Source of the DNA: Asterias rubens
Taxonomy: Eukaryota
Direction: 5' to 3'
DNA: 64,000 bases
Assembly: GCF_902459465.1 (NCBI RefSeq)
Contig: NC_047068.1
Location: 8,990,001-9,054,000 of the forward strand
A program made the position numbers and the translations under genes. Of this stretch, positions 48,436 to 64,000 are shown in pieces. The number at the start of each line of letters is the position of its first letter. Positions within the stretch are counted from its first letter, which is position 1. The notes under the pieces are model-generated. The model was not told where the DNA came from. It saw only the letters and a program-made list of their open reading frames with translations, and ran no database searches.

Positions 48436-48886
48436 AATAATAATAATAATAATTGTGGCTTCTTATATAGCGCTCCTGGCCCTGTAACATACAGTATTTC
48501 CTGCAAGATGTGGGACTACGTTTTGAATTATGAGACCTAATTCTGATAGCACCATGTAATGTTTTACAATTGCTGTGGCGCAATTTGCTGCCGATCGGAC
48601 CAGGAACACCGGGTCATAACACAGTGCACATACACATCGTAGATATTTTGTTGTTGGTGCTTGCTCATTTCTTTTTCTCTTTTCGATAAGTGCACTGGGT
48701 TCTTTTACATGCGTTACATAACACATGGGACCAACGGCTTATGTCCCATCCGAAGGACGAAGCAATGGTGAAGTGTCTTGCTTAAGGACACAGGTGTCAC
48801 GGCTGGGGATTCGAACCCACACTCTGCTGATCAGAAACACCAGAGTTTGAATTCGGTGCTCTTAACCGCTCGGCCACGACACTTCC
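48436..48886 (-). mobile_element. tRNA-derived SINE without the nested MITE
   Basis: A and B boxes at about 48810-48880, an (AAT)n tail at 48436, and an empty CTTAAGG site near 48781. Confidence 0.8.
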
Positions 48887-49195
48887 ATTATGGACCTATA
48901 GTGCTATAGTGCGTTTACACATTCTGTCATTATAGATTGATTCGCTAGCACCGATAATCATCTCTTCTGAACGTACAACATAATTAAATGCTATTATGCA
49001 AAGTCAGTGGTTCTACTAGGCAGTGGGAAGTTAGCTCGAAGGTCATGCACAGAAAGCCGAGTCATAACACAGTGCACATACACATCGTAGATATTTTGTT
49101 GTTGGTGCTTGCTCATTTCTTTCGCAGTGAAAAGTCAGTGGTTACACACGATACCGCTTTAGACAGGAGAAAGCAAACATTTCCTGCAGTACACT

Positions 49196-56208
<7,013 letters not shown>

Positions 56209-57971
56209 AAAAAATAATTGTTGTCTTTTATAAGAAATGATTATTTTTGTACAGTGCTGCTCTTGAATATCGACACATTCGTGTCGGGATTTACAAATGA
56301 ACCATAAGATTTCCATTTGAATCGATTGAGCTCTTTTTATAACTGAAATGTCTGTATTGTTCTCTCTCTTCTCGTTGGCTCTATAAATAGAGCGTTGACA
56401 AAAATATTTCCGAAATCCCAAAATTTAGCTTCAAACCATTTGTGTTTTGATTTTTTTTGTTCTCTAAACTCTGATCAGTTAGCATTCAGACTGAATATAA
56501 GTTAAGTAACGAATGTTTGTATTGTTACCAATCCATTACAATACCTTCATTATACCAAACCGGAACATTGCATTCCTGATATATATTTTTTCGGGTATGT
56601 AGCATAATGAATTCTTTATACACTGTTCGTTGAATAGTTAATACAAGTCATGTAACATTTATTAGCAACTTAAAACTGTATTTTCCGTGTGCTTTTAAAC
56701 AAATCTATTTTCAGATTTTGGTAACTATTTAAAATAGGTGTTCTCAAGGGCTCTGCTACAGGCTCGAAACGTCTAACCTTACTGTTTAAATAAATTTGGT
56801 TATAGCACAGGGCCTTTTGGTTGGTAAGCAATCTGCATAATCTAATCCAATTAGCTCGTTTATTGTTGTTATAGGTTTTCTCGGTCAATTTCGGAAAAAG
56901 AGCAGCCAATTTAACCACCAAGCTATTCTATTTCGCGCAAAATCGAATGCTACTCAAAAGGGTCATTCGATTTCGTTTTATGATTAGTCAAATGTAATGT
57001 TGCGTCATTCGAATTAACAAAATAATCATTAAATTTAACAATTCATCAAAGCAGCATTCAAATTCGCAGACGCTTCTTGAGGCGTGTGTGTCACGAAAAA
57101 GAATGACGCTACGCTAAATTGAACAGAGTGCTTAAGGAATTTGACTCGACCCAAAACGAAATTGAATGGCCGAATTCTGAATTTGAAACGCAGTAACAAC
57201 TGGAAAAGCAAAACAGCTTTAATTCGAACGCACGAAAATTAAATTGACTGCTCATTTGCCGAATTTGACCGAGAAAACCTATATTATAGGATGCATTGAC
57301 GTGGCGGTAACAACAAATACGTTGTCTATATACAAACAAAAACTTGTTGTAATATGATTGATTGAAAATACTCTATTAAGTTTTAAAGTTTTTAAAGTGT
57401 GATGTCTCTTGTATTTTTGTATCCTGAAAAGTACACTATTGCATAATTATGTGCTAACTCGTGTATCGCAGTAACACATTAACTGACTTGTTCGTTTACT
57501 CCTCCTTACAGACTCTTGGTGGCGCCCTTTGTTCTACAGAATTCAAATCCTTTTGCTTCTGAACCTGAGTCGATTTCACTTATAAGTAAGTTAAGACTAG
57601 CCCTATAGAGATATTTAAAACTTAAGGCGAGATCTAACCTGAGACGAGTAACTCGTCCTTCAAGATAAGGCTATAGTCTTTTAAACTCTTTGTGATGTTG
57701 AAATCCAACCAAGGTCAACTGCTTCAATGTCTCGAGCACCAATCTGGGTGTAGCCTACACGGATTTTGGTCATTGGTCACCTATCGGCCAGCAGGGGTCA
57801 TTTTACGAGGACATCTTTATATTATAGTTTCGCATTTATTTCATCGGGCTGGTATTAGTGTCTTTGCTTTGCATTACTACTAGAAATATATTATTTCACA
57901 CGTAAACGACGTTCTCTATAAATTTTGAATTAAGCTGTCTTATTTGTTTCGTCTGTGTCTTTACACTTTTG

Positions 57972-60795
57972 TTAAGATTGGCATTTGCCATCATTTTCTA
58001 CAAGGCACTGTCCCGCCCCCTGGTTGAATTGCAGTGTGTACGGGCAGGATCTATGATATATAATTCCATGGCTACACTCGTAGTACATCTCGCAGTTGAA
58101 GGGGTCCGAATACCTTCCATCGACCTTACCCTCACAAGTGAAGGGGGTTTGGGGTATGGTTGCCGGCAGGTCGGTGGTTGCGAATGTCGTGGTGTGCTCC
58201 CCATTGGGCGGGATGGACGAATCTGTGAATTTAGAACAGAGTCGGAAAAGATCTTGATTTGCGTTTTCAATTTTCGTAAACTCAGCACCAAATTCAGACC
58301 CCAAATCAACTAACTCGACATTGGAGTCGGAATACATTGAGAGAAACGGCTCCCTCTGAATTAACGTATTTTTTGAGGGGGTAAATTCTCACTAAGGCCC
58401 CTTTTAGGCATCGGAAGGCACACATGTTTGTGCAACAAGGGTGTTTTTCATCCATTATTTTCCTGCAACCTCGATAACATTGAGTAAAAAGTTTCACAGA
58501 TTTGTTTTTTATGCATAAGGTTGGGATACTGGTCTGTGACAACCACCGAAGGTATCTGTGCCTTTTACATTTAACATTGTTGATGCAATGTTTCAAAGAA
58601 TTTCTTACCGGGGCAATTGAGCCATTGGCGGATCTCCTTTGGAGAGTTGCTGATCAGAATGGTATCAAAGTAGATGACTTTGAAGTTGCGGCCGGGTGTA
58701 CGGGTGTTTATACCACCTGGTCGAATCTCGGTGCACTTGCAGGGATCCTCCACCGGGATGACCCATCGGTATCTATGGGCGGCGTTCGAATCCGGTTCCT
58801 GTCCCATCTGACACACCATCGCTAAAAACGTAAACCGATACAAGAGTAAAATAAAATAAAAACATTGTTCAGTAAATTGAACCTACTGTTTGTTTCAATG
58901 TACTTGTAGCATACCATAAAACTAACCCGTGGAAATTTCATTTGAAAAGGTGACAGCATTTTTATAGATATTGCCAAAAATCTGGACCGGTTTTGTCCAC
59001 CCAGCAAGAATAATCTGGAATACACAATCTGAAAAACGTTACTGTCATATCGCTTCTCATATTCGAAGTTTTTACTATAAGAGTGATAATACTTTCTTAA
59101 ACCGCAGTACTTCGAAGTGAAAAGATTAAAAAATGCATGTTGAATTTAAAGCTGATGTGTGATACTTCTTACCTAGTAGGCCTACGCTTGTATACTAGCG
59201 CCATTAATTTTCAGCGTCTTAATACCAAACGTATATAAATCGTAATTGTTTTCGCAGAAGCAGATGCGCATGATTAATTGCCTTCTTCAGATCTTAAACG
59301 GTTAATAAGAGGATCTCAACTGGCTGCCAGTTTCACAAAGAATGAAGTGCCAACTCGGCCTGTTTGTTTTCGAAGTCCTTCACATGAGTGATTAGGAATA
59401 CCTCATCAATCTCATCCATCCATACCCATCTGTGGGGCAACGGGTCATTTTCTGTGTCATCGGCCCGAGTGTGGAACCATTTATTAGCATGAAACCTTAC
59501 TATTTCGGGTTAAGCCAGCTTACGTGTGTGGTTCCACTGTTCGGACGTCCTCAAATTTTTATGGGTATCTTTTGCAGCAGAATTACACGAACGTATTTGG
59601 TTCAAAGACGCTCAAGATCAAAATTACATTCAGGTATAACTTGTTCTCTCTATAGTGTTTTCAGTGCCAATAGGGCCCAATTTCATGGCTCCGCTTGCAG
59701 TAAGCAAATCATTGGGTTAGCAGGGAACTTTTGCTTGTGTGCATCATGCTTACTCCACGTTACTATAGGCATTGTATGCTTACACACTAGCACAGAAATT
59801 CGGCGCTTGCCTTGCAAGTGGAGAATGGTGACCAGAATTCGGCAGTTAGCAGAGCCTTGAAATTGGGCATCCAAGCTAGTACAATTCACCTGTGATTACG
59901 GTGTATAACAAGACAGTAAAAACGTGTGAACCACGTTTTTTTCCCTTTTAGTTTAAAGTGCTATATGAAAACCAGAAAGGTAGCACTGTTGGTACGTATA
60001 TGCAGTGGGAAAATAATCCAGCTTCTTTTGCTCCTTATCGGATAAACCTACCACATTCTCAGTCGATGGTACTTGAACAAGTTTTTTTAATAGCACAGGG
60101 GCTCATCGTTCATAATAAAGGCACTGGACAGCTTTGGTAATTGTCAAAGACTAATCTTCTCACTTGGAGTGTCTCAACATATGCACAAAATAACAAACCT
60201 GTAAAAGTTTGAACTCAAATTGGTCATCGAAGTTGCGAGAGAATAATGGAAGAAAAAAAACACCCTTGTCGCACAAGTTGTGTGCTTTTTAGGATGCTTG
60301 ATTTCGGGACCTTAACATCTAATTTTGAGGTCACGTTTAAGTGTAAATCAACTTCTTTCTCGAAAAACTATACGCTACTTCAGAGTACGCCGTTACTCGC
60401 AATGTTAATGCTATCAGCAGCTCTCCAAATTGCTCAGTAATTAAGGTTTTCATGCTAAAAATAAATGTTGAGTAATTTCCAATATTTTCCAGTGCCTTTA
60501 AGTCTAGTAAATCAATGTCCATTTTAAAATGATGCAAACAACATTCTATTGGTTGCACATCTTCTCTCTGCTTTTTAATTTTCAATAATTTTCTCAATTT
60601 TTTCTCTGCTTTTTAAATTTTTTATATAATAATGTAAATCTGTATTTTAATTCAGTCTCAGGACTGCGACAAGCAGATGTTTTTACAATAAACCAGTAAT
60701 AATAATCTTCTACCCCATACAGTCTTACCTTCAGAAAGACATGCAATCACAGCAATACAACTCAAAATACAGACGCCTTGCAGAAACACTGCCAT
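57972..60795 (-). CDS. Secreted protein with a C-terminal chitin-binding peritrophin-A (CBM14) domain, 3 exons, 205 aa
   Basis: Exons 60795-60729 (signal peptide MAVFLQGVCILSCIAVIACLSE, GTAAG donor), 58821-58609 (TTTTTAG acceptor, GTAAG donor) and 58309-57972; both introns are phase 1. The total of 618 nt is an open frame. It has a Thr/Pro linker, then CEGKVDGRYSDPFNCEMYYECSHG...CPYTLQFN...QC, a typical CBM14 Cys pattern. Confidence 0.8.
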
Positions 60796-63791
60796 TTTTG
60801 TTCGAGTAAAACTGTTTTCTATAATGCCTGTCGTGCTTGAGTATTTAATTAACTTGCTGACATATAGCCCTTATTTTGGCAGCTATGTAATATTAACGTA
60901 AATTGTACGTTAACCCTCTAGTCCCTGCACCGCCCAAATTTGCTGAAAACTAATACTTCAAGATTCTTGCAGTTATTTACTGGAATCGTAGTTCAAATTT
61001 TAAAAGATAGCCACAGCTTATTTTTTATGCACAATTTGAACCTTGGGATATTTGTATAAAAGTACAAGTTCGCATGAGAATAATACATGTCTCTCGTTAA
61101 ACGGCTACGGTAATTTTTATGGCGAATATTTGTTTGTAAGGATAAAATGGACACAATGGCTTTTCAAGGCTTTTATCTGACTCAATGATTATACTAATAA
61201 AATGCGAAGGCGTGAGTTTCATGAATAAATACAGTTTCCTTTGTGTTTACTAATGAGCGTCTTGTTGGAGTAAGAGCTAATTAAATTAGTTCACCATCAT
61301 TAGCTTCATTAGCTTAATAATCGAGGATTCTTTTGATGTTCCTTTTTTTCTACAAACACAAGCTAGCAAGGTTTCCTCCTACCACTACAGTATATCGATT
61401 GGCGGCTGGGCGGTCCAGTGGCTAAAATGGTTAATTGCTCTAATATTGAAATCTGGCCACACATTTAAAATATGTTGTTGTCCGTAAATCAATAACATAT
61501 TTCTAGCTTGATACTAAATAATGTTGTGTCGAAGATAAAACTTGTGATTTGTTTGTATTAAAACACAACCTCTTAACTTTATCACAGGTTGTTTTAATAA
61601 TGGTCACCTTAACGGCTTTACGAGATAAACCTACGAAAACTTAAAAGTGCGTAAATTTAAAATGTTTGGTTGCGTAATTTACAAATGCTATTTAGTGAAA
61701 CGCTACATTTTTTTCGAGCAAAGATTGACTCGTTACTTCGAGTCTCCAATTAGCTTGCTGACTTACGCTGCCATTAACATTAGCAAAGGGAACAACAGGC
61801 TGATGTGCCTTGTTTCGTAGAGCTGCTAATCACGAAATTAGCTAAGCACAACCGAATTGATGCTCACTAGAAAAAGGTTAAAAGCCAAACTATCATGCAA
61901 GATGTACAATTTGTGACTCTATCCGGCTTATTTTAAGCAACATTCTCACATTAAAGACACTGGACAATATCGGTAATTGTCAAAGACACATCTTCTCACT
62001 TGGTGAGTCATCAATATATGCATAAAATAACAAACCTGTGAAAACTTGAGCTCAATTGGTCGACGAAGTTGCGAGATAATATAATGGAAGAAAAAACACC
62101 CTTTGTCACACGAAGTTGTGTGCTTTCAGATGCTTGATTTTGGGACTTCAAAATCTAATTCCGAGGTCTCGAAATCAAATTCAAATATTTTAGTGGACAA
62201 TTACTTCTTTCTCGAAAACTACGTTACTTCAGAGGGAGCCGTTTTCACAATGTGTTATACTATCAACAGCTCCCCATTGCATGTTACCAAGTAAGTTTTT
62301 ATGCTAACAATTATTTTGAGTAATTACCAATAGTGTCCAGTGCAATCAAAGGGTTTAACAGTTTTTTCAGGCAATTTAAACTTTCGTGACACGATCAGAT
62401 GGAAAAACACACAATTAGAAACCAAACGTATGGGAAAAATATGCCTGTTGTAATCACTATGAGTAAAAAACAGTCGTTTAATGTGGAGTATAAATTAAGG
62501 GCCGAGTTGGTTATAGTGTGCACACACGTCCCTCGAAATCGGCCATTTTTATTTGTAGAATCAATTTAACACAATTCTTCATTAATGAACACTTATATAG
62601 CTCTCGCCTAATTAAATTATGGATTGTTGTCACGAAAATTGTTTCCAAGACCCCTGGGCAAATATTAATGCTGAGTACGAATTAAGGTGAATGTTTGATT
62701 AACGTTGACGCATACGTCCGTCTATTTGAGGATTCAAAAGGCAGCCACTTTTAATGTTGTAGATGAAGAGCTAATCAAAATTATATATCGCTTGCATAAT
62801 TAATTGTTCGTGATGGCCAAACTTATCCCACAGTATTATTTTAAAACATGGGCATTGTTGACGTATCGTTTGATGCAAACCTCATTTCTTTTAGATACCT
62901 ATCTGTGGAAGTGGATGTGTCATTCATGGCTGAGCGGTTTAAGTACCTTGTTTGGTAGATACGTGTGCGATATAAGACTTCGATATTGTTATATTATCTC
63001 ACTTCCTCTCCCCATGTTCTCACTGTTTTGGGTCGAAAACCACAAACCAAAACCAAGTGTTTGCGGCAAAGTAGGTTTCAATTCTTTTTTTGATAACATG
63101 TTTCGTGGTATCATGCGTTTATTGTCAAAGAAAACGACCGGGAAATTTATGAACAGTAGGTGATTTTTTTATTTTCTAACAATCAGTTGACTCTTAGTTC
63201 TTGAAAGGCATAATTAAGTTTGAGTCTATAAATGAAAGTTATGGTATAGAAGGATGATTTACACAAACGTTAGTTAAACTCATTTTGAAGGATTTTTTCC
63301 AGTTTAAGGTTTACATGAGTGTAAACAAACAAATATTTAATGAATTTGAAATGAGCTTCTATACAAAACAAATTCAGAATAGAGTTAATTTACAGTTTCC
63401 TCCGGTATGTCATATACGATCAACATGTTGCTTTTGAAGACACTGGATACCTTTGTCAAAGACCAGTATTCTCACTTGGTATATTCCAATGCATAAAGTA
63501 ACAAATCTGCGACATCGACGTTTTTCAATACAAAAATAAATGACAAAACACACTGTTACGCTAATTTGTTAGCTTTCAGATGCAAAATAAAAGGCTTCAG
63601 GTCTAATTTTTGTTATTATTTCTTTAAAAAAAAATACGTTACTTCAGATGGAGCCGTTTCACACCATGTTTTATACTATCAACAGCTCTCCGTTGCTCTT
63701 AACCAAGTAAGGTTTTATGCTAGTAATTATTTCGAGTAAATTAACAGCAGTGTCCAATGCCTTTAACAAACAGATTTGTTCATAATCTTAC

Positions 63792-63858
63792 CTTTAGAAA
63801 GGTGAGCCGTCAGCGCAAGTGAAATCAACAGATATGCAGATCCCCAAGACGCCGTCAT
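63792..63858 (-). CDS. Signal-peptide exon (candidate alternative first exon of the CBM14 gene)
   Basis: AAG-ATG then MTASWGSAYLLISLALTAHLSK-G, ending at a GTAAGA donor. It is 67 nt and phase 1, the same as the 60795 exon. Confidence 0.6.
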
Positions 63859-63944
63859 CTTCCCGAGACACTCGTCTTCGAGTGTTAAATGTGTCGGTGC
63901 AGAGGTAGAAACGAACAGGGTCGTTCATTCATAGATGCCAGTAG

Positions 63945-63951
63945 TTTTATA
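63945..63951 (-). promoter_or_regulatory. TATA box candidate
   Basis: TATAAAA on the minus strand about 90 bp upstream of the 63858 ATG. Confidence 0.45.
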
Positions 63952-64000
63952 ATGTTCCGCCTTGCCTATCTAATTGCATAAAATATCGGAACAATACAAG

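Overview
This is AT-rich animal genomic DNA with spliceosomal introns and dense MITEs and SINEs. The repeat landscape suggests an invertebrate deuterostome, probably a sea star; that is inference only. The main structure (7.4-44.1 kb) is a head-to-head tandem array of 13 intronless-CDS genes and gene relics, labelled L1-L13. L1-L8 are on the minus strand and L9-L13 on the plus strand. They encode roughly 240-aa proteins: signal peptide, C-type lectin domain (CTLD), Pro/Thr linker and a PAN/Apple-like domain. Eight have intact ORFs. The scaffold is nearly invariant, but the ligand-binding half of the CTLD comes in three divergent cassette types (A, B, C) that are visibly shuffled between paralogs. 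Examples are a 245-bp tract identical between L3 and L7 while L7's flanks match L6, an intragenic unequal-crossover chimera (L12), and cassettes shared across the inversion. This looks like a gene-conversion-diversified lectin recognition repertoire. A 5'-truncated Penelope-like retroelement (RT plus GIY-YIG) with a minimal hammerhead ribozyme and tRNA-cloverleaf satellites sits in a (TA)n site inside the array. Also present are: the first coding exon of a Rab11-FIP3/4-like EF-hand gene (minus strand); a six-exon cytosolic sulfotransferase (plus strand, with a GC-AG intron and a 1-nt homopolymer frameshift); a secreted CBM14 chitin-binding gene (minus strand) with two candidate signal-peptide first exons; and a 500-N gap flanked by an 898-bp duplicate, which is an assembly artefact. 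All alignments and coordinates were read by eye; no searches were run.
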